Assembly: GCA_964016885.1 (NCBI GenBank)
Contig: OZ024756.1
Span: forward strand, 7,998,001 to 8,062,000
Source of the DNA: Eledone cirrhosa
Lineage: Eukaryota
Length of the DNA stretch: 64,000 nucleotides
Direction of reading: 5' to 3'
Below the pieces are notes generated by a model. The model did no database searches. It saw only the letters and a list, made by a program, of their open reading frames with translations, and had not been told where the DNA came from. Positions 32,901-44,973 of the stretch are shown one piece after another. The position numbers and the translations under genes are program-made. Numbering within the stretch: the stretch's first letter is position 1; each line of letters begins with the position of its first letter.

Positions 32901-35900
32901 TATCTAATCGATAGTCTTACTATATCTCACTCTCTACATTATCTAATCTATAGTCTTACTATATCACACTCTCTGCATTATCTAAAATATACTCTTATTA
33001 TATCACACACTCTACATTATCTAATCTATAATCTTATTGTATCACACTCTCTACATTATCTAATCTATAGTCTTACTATATATATCAGACTCCCTACATT
33101 ATCTAATCTATAGTCTTACTATATCGCTCTCTCTAAATGTCTAATCTATAGTCTTACGATATCACACTCTCTATATACATCACACACTCTACATTATCTA
33201 ATCAATAGTCTTACTATATATATCACACTCTCTACTTTATCTAATCGTTTGACTTACTATATATATCACACTCTCTACATTATCTAATCTATAGTCTTAC
33301 AATATCGCACTCTCTAAATGTCTAATGTATAGTCTTACAATATCACACTCTCTACATTATCTAATCTATAGTTTAATATATTTATCTCACTCTCTACATT
33401 ATCTAATCAATAGTCTTATAATATCTCACTCTCTACATTATCTAATCTATAGTCTTACTATATCACACTCTCTACATTATCTAATCTATAGTCTTACTAT
33501 ATATATCACGCTCTCTACATTATCTAATCTATAGTCTTACTATATATATATAACACTCTCTACATTGTCTAATATATAGTCTTCATATATATATCACACT
33601 CTCTACATTATCTATTCTATAGTCTTCATATATATATCACACTCTTTACATTGTCTAATCTATAGTCTTACTATATCACACTCTCTACATTATCTAATCT
33701 ATAGTCTTGCTATATCTCACTCTCTACATTATCTAATCTATAGTCTTACTATATCTCACACTCTACATTTTCTAATCTATAGTCTTACTATATAACACTC
33801 TCTACATTATCTAATCAATAGTCTTACTACATATATCACACTCTCTACATTATGTAATCTATACTCTTACTATATATATCTTACTCTCTACATTATCTAA
33901 TCTATAGTCTTCCTATATCACCCTCTCTACATTATCTGACCTATAGTCTTACTATATCACACTCTCAACATTATTTATTCTATAGTCTTACTATATCACA
34001 CTCTGTACATTATCTAATCTATAGTCTTACTATATATAGCACACTCTCTTCAATATCTAATCTATAGTCTTACTATATCACACTCTCTACATTATCGAAT
34101 CTATAGTCTTACTATATACATCACACTCTCTGCTTTATCTAATCTATAGTCTTACTATATATAGCACACTCTCTACATTATCTAATCTGTAGTCTTACTA
34201 TATATATCTCAATCTCTACATTATCTAATCTACAGTCTTACTATATTTCACTCTCTACATAATCTAATCTATAGTCTTACTATATCACACTCTCTACATT
34301 ATCTAATCTATAATCTTACTATATCTCACTCTCTACATTTTATAATCTATAGTCTTACTATATAACACTCTCTACATTATCTAATCTATAGTCTTACTAT
34401 ATTTATCACACTCTCTACATAATCTAATCTATAGTCTTACTATATCACACTCTCTACATTATCTAATATATAGTCTTACTATATCACACTCTCTACATTA
34501 TCTATTCTATAGTCTTACTATATATATCACACTCTCTACATTCTCTTAGCTATAGTTTTACTATATATATCACACTCTTTACATTATCTAATCTATAGAC
34601 CTACTATATCACACTCTCTACGTTATCTAATCTATAATCTTACTATATCTCACTCTCTACATTTTTAATCTATAGTCTTACTATAGAACACTCTCTACAT
34701 TAGCTAATCCATGGTCTTACTATATCACACTCTCTACATTATCTAATCTATAGTCTTACTACATATATCACACACTCTACATTATCTAATCTATAGACTT
34801 ACTATATATATCACACTCTGTACATTTTCTAATCTACAGTCTTACTATATCTCACTCTCTACATCATATAATCTATACTGTTACTATATTTGTCACACTC
34901 TATACATAATCTAATCTATAGTCTTACTATATCACATTCTCTACATTATCTGAACTATTGTCTTACTATATATATCTCACTCTCTACATTATCTAATTTA
35001 TATTCTTACTATATCTCACTCCCTACTTTATTTAATCTATAGTCTTATATATCACATTCTCTACATTATCTAATCTATAGTCTTACTATATAACACTCTC
35101 TACATTATCTAATCTATAGTCTTACTATATATATATCACATTCTCTACATTATGTATTTTATAGTCTTAATATATATATCACACTCTCTACATTATCTAT
35201 TCTATAGTCTTACTATATATATCACACTCTCTACATTATCTAATCTATAGTCTTACTATATCGCACTCTCTACATTGTCTAATCTATAGTCTTACTATAT
35301 CACACTATCTACATTATCTAATCTATAGTCTTACTATATCTCACTCTCTACATTATCTAATCTATAGTCTTACTATATCTCACTCTCTACATTTTCTAAT
35401 CAATAGTCTTACTATATAACACTCTCTACATTATCTAATCTATAGTCTTACTACATATATCACACTCTCTACATTATCTATTCTATAGTCTTACTATATA
35501 TATCACACTCTCTACTTTATCTAATCTATAGTCTTACTATATCACACTCTCTACATTGTCTAATCTATAGTCTTACTATATCACATTCTCTACATTATCT
35601 AATCTATAGTCTTACTATATAACACTCTCTACATTATCTAATCTATAGTCTTACTATATATATATCACATTCTCTACATTATGTATTTTATAGTCTTAAT
35701 ATATATATCACACTCTCTACATTATCTATTCTATAGTCTTACTATATATATCACACTCTCTACATTATCTAATCTATAGTCTTACTATATCGCACTCTCT
35801 ACATTGTCTAATCTATAGTCTTACTATATCACACTCTCTACATTATCTAATCTATAGTCTTGCTATATCTCACTCTCTACATTATCTAATCTATAGTCTT

Positions 35901-38900
35901 ACTATATCTCACACTCTACATTTTCTAATCTATAGTCTCACTATATAACACTCTCTACATTATCTAATCTATAGTCTTACTACATATATCACACTCTCTA
36001 CATTATGTAATCTATACTCTTACTATATATATCTTACTCTCTACATTATCTAATCTATAGTCTTCCTATATCACAGTCTCTACATTATCTAATCTATAGT
36101 TTTGATATATATATCACACTCTCTGCATTATCTAAAATATACTCTTATTATATCACACACTCTACATTATCTAATCTATAATCTTATTGTATCACACTCT
36201 CTACATTATCTAATCTATAGTCTTACTATATATATCAGACTCCCTACATTATCTAATCTATAGTCTTATGATATCACACTCTCTATATACATCACACACT
36301 CTACATTATCTAATCAATAGTCTTACTATATATATCACACTCTCTACTTTATCTAATCGTTTGACTTACTATATATATCACACTCTCTACATTATCTAAT
36401 CTATAGTCTTACTATATCGCACTCTCTAAATGTCTAATGTATAGTCTTACAATATCACACTCTCTACATTATCTAATCTATAGTTTAATATATTTATCTC
36501 ACTCTCTACATTATCTAATCTATAGTCTTACTATATCTCACTCTCTACATTATCTAATCTATAGTCTTACTATATCACACTCTCTACATTATCTAATCTA
36601 TAGTCTTACTATATATATCACGCTCTCTACATAATCTAATCTATAGTCTTACTATATATATATAACACTCTCTACATTATCTAATATATAGTCTTCATAT
36701 ATATATCACACTCTCTACATTATATATTCTATAGTCTTCATATATATATCACACTCTTTACATTGTCTAATCTATAGTCTTACTATATCACACTCTCTAC
36801 ATTATCTAATCTATAGTCTTGCTATATCTCACTCTCTACATTATCTAATCTATAGTCTTACTATATCTCACTCTCTACATTTTCTAATCTATAGTCTTAC
36901 TCTATAACACTCTCTACATTATCTAATCTATAGTCTTACCACATATATCACACTCTCTACATTATGTAATCTATAGTCTTCATATATATATCACACTCTC
37001 TACATTATCTAATCTATAGTCTTCCTATATCACCCTCTCTACATTATCTAACCTATAGTCTTACTATATCACACTCTCAACATTATTTATTCTATAGTCT
37101 TAATATATCACACTATGTACATTATCTAATCTATAGTCTTACTATATATAGCACACTCTCTTCATTATCTAATCTATAGTCTTACTATATCACACTCTCT
37201 ACATTATCGAATCTATAGTCTTACTATATACATCACACTCTCTGCTTTATCTAATCTATAGTCTTACTATATATAGCACACTCTCTACATTATCTAATCT
37301 ATAGTCTTACTATATATATCTCAATCTGTACATTATCTAATCTACAGTCTTACTATATTTCACTCTCTACATTATCTAATCTATAGTCTTACTATATTTA
37401 TCAGACTCTCTACATAATCTAATCTATAGTCTTACTATATCACACTCTCTACATTATGTAATCTATAATCTTACTATATCTCACTCTCTACATTATGTAA
37501 TCTATAGTCTTAATATATCACTCTCTACATTATCTAATCTATAGCCTTACTATATATAACACACTCTCTACATTATCTATTCTATAGTCTTACTATATAT
37601 ATCACACTCTCTACATTCTCTTAGCTATAGTTTTACTATATATATCACACTCTCTACATTATCTAATCGATAGACCTACTATATCACACTCTCTACATTA
37701 TCTAATCTATAATCTTACTACATCTCACTCTCTACATTTTTAATCTATAGTCTTACTATATAACACTCTCTACATTATCTAATCCATGGTCTTACTATAT
37801 CATACTCTCTACATTATCTAATCTATAGTCTTACTACATATATCACACACTCTACATTATCTAATCTATAGACTTACTATATATATCACACTCTGTACAT
37901 TTTCTAATCTACAGTCTTACTATATCTCACTCTCTACATCATATAATCTATAGTGTTACTATATTTGTCACACTCTATACATAATCTAATCTATGGTCTT
38001 ACTATATCACATTCTCTACATTATCTGAACTATTGTCTTACTATATATATCTCACTCTCTACATTATCTAATCTATATTCTTACTATATTCTACTTTATT
38101 TAATCTATAGTCTTATATATCACATTCTCTACATTATCTAATCTATAGTCTTACTATATAACACTCTCTACATTATTTAATCTACAGTCTTACTATATAT
38201 ATATCACATTCTCTACATTATCTATTTTATAGTCTTAATATATATATCACACTCTCTACATTATCTATTCTATAGTCTTACTATATATATCACACTCCCT
38301 ACATTATCTAATCTATAGTCTTACTATATCACACTCTCTACATTGTCTAATCTATAGTCTTACTATATCACAATCTCTACATTATCTAATCTATAGTCTT
38401 ACTATATCTCACTCTCTACATTATCTAATCTATAGTCTTACTATATCTCACTCTCTACATTTTCTAATCTATAGTCTTACTATATAACACTCTCTACATT
38501 ATCTAATCTATAGTCTTACCACATATATCACACTCTCTACATTATGTAATCTATAGTCTTACTATACATATCTCACTCTTTACATTATCTAATCTACAGT
38601 CTTACTATATCTCACACTCTACATTATCTAATCGATAGTCTTACTATATCTCACTCTCTACATTATCTAATCTATAGTCTTACTATATCACACTCTCTGC
38701 ATTATCTAAAATATACTCTTATTATATCACACACTCTACATTATCTAATCTATAATCTTATTGTATCACACTCTCTACATTATCTAATCTATAGTCTTAC
38801 TATATATATCAGACTCCCTACATTATCTAATCTATAGTCTTACTATATCGCTCTCTCTAAATGTCTAATCTATAGTCTTACGATATCACACTCTCTATAT

Positions 38901-41310
38901 ACATCACACACTCTACATTATCTAATCAATAGTCTTACTATATATATCACACTCTCTACTTTATCTAATCGTTTGACTTACTATATATATCACACTCTCT
39001 ACATTATCTAATCTATAGTCTTACAATATCGCACTCTCTAAATGTCTAATGTATAGTCTTACAATATCACACTCTCTACATTATCTAATCTATAGTTTAA
39101 TATATTTATCTCACTCTCTACATTATCTAATCAATAGTCTTATAATATCTCACTCTCTACATTATCTAATCTATAGTCTTACTATATCACACTCTCTACA
39201 TTATCTAATCTATAGTCTTACTATATATATCACGCTCTCTACATTATCTAATCTATAGTCTTACTATATATATATAACACTCTCTACATTGTCTAATATA
39301 TAGTCTTCATATATATATCACACTCTCTACATTATCTATTCTATAGTCTTCATATATATATCACACTCTTTACATTGTCTAATCTATAGTCTTACTATAT
39401 CACACTCTCTACATTATCTAATCTATAGTCTTGCTATATCTCACTCTCTACATTATCTAATCTATAGTCTTACTATATCTCACACTCTACATTTTCTAAT
39501 CTATAGTCTTACTATATAACACTCTCTACATTATCTAATCAATAGTCTTACTACATATATCACACTCTCTACATTATGTAATCTATACTCTTACTATATA
39601 TATCTTACTCTCTACATTATCTAATCTATAGTCTTCCTATATCACCCTCTCTACATTATCTGACCTATAGTCTTACTATATCACACTCTCAACATTATTT
39701 ATTCTATAGTCTTACTATATCACACTCTGTACATTATCTAATCTATAGTCTTACTATATATAGCACACTCTCTTCAATATCTAATCTATAGTCTTACTAT
39801 ATCACACTCTCTACATTATCGAATCTATAGTCTTACTATATACATCACACTCTCTGCTTTATCTAATCTATAGTCTTACTATATATAGCACACTCTCTAC
39901 ATTATCTAATCTGTAGTCTTACTATATATATCTCAATCTCTACATTATCTAATCTACAGTCTTACTATATTTCACTCTCTACATAATCTAATCTATAGTC
40001 TTACTATATCACACTCTCTACATTATCTAATCTATAATCTTACTATATCTCACTCTCTACATTTTATAATCTATAGTCTTACTATATAACACTCTCTACA
40101 TTATCTAATCTATAGTCTTACTATATTTATCACACTCTCTACATAATCTAATCTATAGTCTTACTATATCACACTCTCTACATTATCTAATATATAGTCT
40201 TACTATATCACACTCTCTACATTATCTATTCTATAGTCTTACTATATATATCACACTCTCTACATTCTCTTAGCTATAGTTTTACTATATATATCACACT
40301 CTTTACATTATCTAATCTATAGACCTACTATATCACACTCTCTACGTTATCTAATCTATAATCTTACTATATCTCACTCTCTACATTTTTAATCTATAGT
40401 CTTACTATAGAACACTCTCTACATTAGCTAATCCATGGTCTTACTATATCACACTCTCTACATTATCTAATCTATAGTCTTACTACATATATCACACACT
40501 CTACATTATCTAATCTATAGACTTACTATATATATCACACTCTGTACATTTTCTAATCTACAGTCTTACTATATCTCACTCTCTACATCATATAATCTAT
40601 ACTGTTACTATATTTGTCACACTCTATACATAATCTAATCTATAGTCTTACTATATCACATTCTCTACATTATCTGAACTATTGTCTTACTATATATATC
40701 TCACTCTCTACATTATCTAATTTATATTCTTACTATATCTCACTCCCTACTTTATTTAATCTATAGTCTTATATATCACATTCTCTACATTATCTAATCT
40801 ATAGTCTTACTATATAACACTCTCTACATTATCTAATCTATAGTCTTACTATATATATATCACATTCTCTACATTATGTATTTTATAGTCTTAATATATA
40901 TATCACACTCTCTACATTATCTATTCTATAGTCTTACTATATATATCACACTCTCTACATTATCTAATCTATAGTCTTACTATATCGCACTCTCTACATT
41001 GTCTAATCTATAGTCTTACTATATCACACTATCTACATTATCTAATCTATAGTCTTACTATATCTCACTCTCTACATTATCTAATCTATAGTCTTACTAT
41101 ATCTCACTCTCTACATTTTCTAATCAATAGTCTTACTATATAACACTCTCTACATTATCTAATCTATAGTCTTACTACATATATCACACTCTCTACATTA
41201 TCTATTCTATAGTCTTACTATATATATCACACTCTCTACTTTATCTAATCTATAGTCTTACTATATCACACTCTCTACATTGTCTAATCTATAGTCTTAC
41301 TATATCACAC
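29950..41310 (+). repeat. ~5.7-kb near-identical tandem duplication (copy 1 about 29950-35585, copy 2 about 35790-41310)
   Basis: Rare variants recur at a constant 5,724-bp offset: ATCGTTTGAC at 30632/36356 and 33244/38968, GCATTATCTAAAATATAC at 30401/36125, CAATAG at 35401/41125. Identical ORF translations at 30713/36437, 32229/37953 and 33325/39049. Confidence 0.92.
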
Positions 41311-42154
41311 TCTCTACATTATCTAATCTATAGTCTTACTATATCTCACTCTCTACATTATCTAATCTATAGTCTTACTATATCTCACTCTCTACATTTT
41401 CTAATCTATAGTCTTACTATATAACACTCTCTACATTATCTAATCTATAGTCTTACCACATATATCACACTCTCTACATTATGTAATCTATAGTCTTACT
41501 ATACATATCTCACTCTCTACATTATCTAATCTACAGTCTTACTATATCTCACTCTCTACATTATCTAATCTATAGTCTTACTATATCTCACTCTCTACAT
41601 TTTCTAATCTATAGTCTTACGATATAACACTCTCTACATTATCTAACATATAGTCTTACTATATCACACTCCCCACATTAGTTATTCTATAGTCTTACTA
41701 TATCACACTCTGTACATTATCTAATCTATTGTCTTGCCATATATATCACACTCTCTACATTATCGAATCTATAATCTTACTATATACATCCCACTCTCTG
41801 CTTTATCTAATCTATAGTCTTACTATATATATCTCAATCTCTACATTATCTAATCTACAGTCTTACTATATTTCACGCTGTACATTATCTAATATATAGT
41901 CTTACTATATCACACTCTCTACATCATCTAATCTAGTCTTTCTATATTTATCACACTCTCTACATTATCTAATCTATAGTCTTATTATATATATATCACA
42001 CTCTCTACATTATGTAATCTATAGTCTTAATATATCACACTCTCTACATTATCTAATCTATAGTCTTACTATATATATCACTCTCTCTACATTATCTATT
42101 CTATAGTCTTACTATATATATCACACTCTCTACATTATCTTAGCTATAGACTTA

Positions 42155-42586
42155 TCTCCCCCCGCTCCCCACCTTTCCAACCTCCCAAACGCAATCCAAA
42201 ACTTCAGATTTGGTACCGTGAATGTAGGCACCTTAAAGGGTCGCTCTAACGAGGTTGTAGAAATGCTTGAACGTAAGGAGGTCGATGTTTGTTGTATTCA
42301 AGAGACCAGGTGGAGGGGTGGATCTGCTAGATACATTGTGGGTAGAAAACGATATTATAAGCTTTTCTGGGTGGGAAACGACAATGGGCTGGGTGGAGTA
42401 GGAATCATGGTAGCAGAAAAGTGGGCAGATAAGATAATAGACGTAAATAGAGTGAACGACAGAATAATTAAAATAAGACTTGTCCTCAATAGAACTACGG
42501 TGACAGTAATATCCGCGTACGCACCCCAATCCGGACTGCCCAGCACTATAAAAGACAGATTCTATGAGACAAATAACCGACAGTGA
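42155..42586 (+). pseudogene. RTE ORF fragment 1: N-terminal half of the APE endonuclease, ending at a frameshift near 42565
   Basis: ORF 42218-42586 extends in frame upstream (SPPAPHLSNLPNAIQNFRFGTVNVGTL...). Homology shifts frame after KDRFYE. Confidence 0.9.
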
Positions 42587-43922
42587 CTATATAATTATTG
42601 CAGGCGACCTAAACGGTCACGTTGGACAACATTGTGACGGCTACGACGAAATCCATGGAGGCTATGGGTTTGGTACTAGAAATGAGGAAGGCTCCAGAAT
42701 CCTGGAATTCTGTGACGCAAATAACCTAACTATCTGCAACACTAACTTCAAAAAACGAGACAATCACTTGATCACCTACAGATCAGGGGAATATACTAGC
42801 CAGGTAGATTATATCCTTACCAGAAGACGTGACAAAGTGACTGTCGTAAACACTAAATCCCTCCCCCATGAAGAATGCACTTCCCAACATAGACTGATAA
42901 TTAGCGACCTAGTAGTCAGGACGAGACGTACTAGACAACAGAAGAGGACTATCCTCAGGAGAAAAATATGGAAGCTAAAGGACCCCACAGCCAAAAATAA
43001 ATTCCAAAGCATATTACATGATGCTTTCGACAGTGAGGAAGAGCAATTAGAGACGTACAAGGTAGAGGAACAGTGGGAATTCCTGAAAGCAAACCTGCTG
43101 ACGGCGGCAGACGAATTCTGTGGCTGGAGCAGGCCTGTAGGCAGGAGGAGAGTAACATGGTGGTGGAACAGTAAGGTGGAGGGGTCAATTAAGGCCAAAA
43201 AGCAGGCTTGGAAAGTATGGCGGGATGGGGGAAGCAGAGAAGACTATCAAGTGGCCAGAAGGGAAGCTAGGAGACAAGTGTACTTCGCAAGAAGGGAAGC
43301 AGAGGAAAGAAAGTTCAAGCATGTTCTACAACGCGATGACCAAAAACGTGAGGTGTTCAGGATTGCTAGGCAATGTGTCAAGGAAAACAGTGATATTGTC
43401 GGGGAGAAGTGTGTACTTAACGATGACGGCATACTTGCCATCACCGACGCCAATAAGAAGGTAGCTTGGAAGTGTCACTATGAAAGGCTACTAAATGAGG
43501 AGAATAAATGGGAGAAAGACAGTCTCCCCCACAAGGACCCAATAGAGGGACCAGCAGTGTTAGTCGAGGGTAGTATAATAAGTAAGGCAATCAAAGATAT
43601 GAAGACAGGCAAGGCGGCTGGGCCTTCGGAAATAGTTGCCGAGATGCTGAAGGCATCTGGTACGGTGGGACACACCATGGTCACCCGGATAGTCAACCAA
43701 GTCATACAGAATGGGTTTGTTCCAAAGGACTGGCGCAGCAGCATTATCGTTAACTGTTATAAGGGTAAAGGAGATGCCCTAGATAGGAGTAACTATAGAG
43801 GCATTAAATTAATCGACCAGGTCATGAAGGTCACGGAAAAAGTTATAGCGCACCTAATCAGAGAGCGAATTGATCTAGATGAAATGCAGTTCGGGTTTGT
43901 GTCAGGAAAAAGTACCACAGAT
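42564..43922 (+). pseudogene. RTE ORF fragment 2: C-terminal APE, linker and RT N-terminus, truncated by the inversion breakpoint
   Basis: 453-aa ORF ending at QFGFVSGKSTTD. Its stop codon is supplied by the inverted satellite. Confidence 0.93.
43903..43916 (+). repeat. 14-bp sequence next to the left inversion breakpoint, present as a perfect inverted copy at 46237-46250
   Basis: CAGGAAAAAGTACC (43903-43916) is the exact reverse complement of GGTACTTTTTCCTG (46237-46250). Confidence 0.95.
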
Positions 43923-44918
43923 TAGATAATGTAGAGAGTGAGATATAGTAAGACTATAGATTAGATAATGTAGAGAGTGTGATATAGTAAGACTATAGAT
44001 TAGACAATGTAGAGAGTGCGATATAGTAAGACTATAGATTAGATAATGTAGAGAGTGTGATATATATAGTAAGACTATAGAATAGATAATGTAGAGAGTG
44101 TGATATATATATTAAGACTATAGATTACATAAAGTAGAGAGTGTGATATATATATAGTAAGACTATAGATTAGATAATTTAGAGGGTGTTATATAGTAAG
44201 ACTATACATTAGATAACGTAGAGAATGTGATATATAAGACTATAGATTAGATTATCTAGAGAGTGTGATAAATATAGTAAAACTATAGATTAGATAATGT
44301 AGAGAGTGAGATATAGTAAGTATGTAGATTAGAAAATGTAGAGAGTGAGATATAGTAAGACTAAAGATTAGATAATGTAGAGAGTGTGATATTGTAAGAC
44401 TATAGATTAGATAATGTAGAGAGTGTGATATATATAGTAAGACTATAGATTAGATAATGTAGAGAGTGTGATATACTAAGACTATAGATTAGATAAAGTA
44501 GAGAGTGAGATATAGTAAGACTATAGATTAGATAATGTAGAGAGTGAGATAAATATATTAAACTATTGATTAGATAATGTAGAGAGTGTGATATTGTAAG
44601 ACTATAGATTAGACATTTAGAGAGTGCGATATAGTAAGACTATAGATTGGTGAATGTAGAGAGTGTGATATATATAGTAAGTCTATAGATTAGATAATGT
44701 AGAGAGTGTGATGTATATAGTAAGACTATGGATTAGATAATGTGGAGAGTGTGATATATATGGTAATATTTTAGATTAGATAATGTAGAGAGTGTGATAT
44801 AGTAAGACTATAGATTAGCTAATGTATAGAGTGTGATATAGTAAGACTATAGATTAGATAATGTAGAGAGTGTGATATATGTAGTAAGACTATAGATTAG
44901 ATAATGTAGAGAGTGTGA
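43921..44918 (-). repeat. Inverted block of the same satellite (~998 bp, about 25 monomers)
   Basis: Reads AGATTAGATAATGTAGAGAGTGTGATATAGTAAGACTAT, the reverse complement of the monomer. It is the only reversed satellite in the window. Confidence 0.99.
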
Positions 44919-44942
44919 CGGGGGTGTATTTTGTTAGAGATG

Positions 44943-44960
44943 CCTACTGACTGTAGTAGG
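44943..44960 (-). other. Short stem-loop in the LINE 3' UTR
   Basis: On the element sense strand it reads CCTACT-ACAGTC-AGTAGG: a 6-bp perfect stem with a 6-nt loop, 13 nt after the stop codon. Confidence 0.45.
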
Positions 44961-44973
44961 TTTTACTTTGTAT

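Larger units (their letters stand above)
26509..42154 (+). repeat. 39/43-bp satellite array, segment 2
   Basis: Same monomer and orientation as segment 1. It ends at ...TCTTAGCTATAGACTTA (42154), where the LINE begins. Confidence 0.99.
42155..43922 (+). mobile_element. RTE-clade non-LTR retrotransposon (LINE), 5' portion: APE endonuclease, linker and start of RT; 5'-truncated
   Basis: APE motifs FRFGTVNVGTL, CCIQETRW, ISAYAPQ, AGDLNGHVG, SQVDYIL and SQHRL. RTE-type linker TWWWN. RT N-terminus KAAGPSEI...YKGKGD...NYRGIKL...QFGFVSGKSTTD. The frame is open back to the satellite junction at 42155 with no ATG. Confidence 0.96.
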
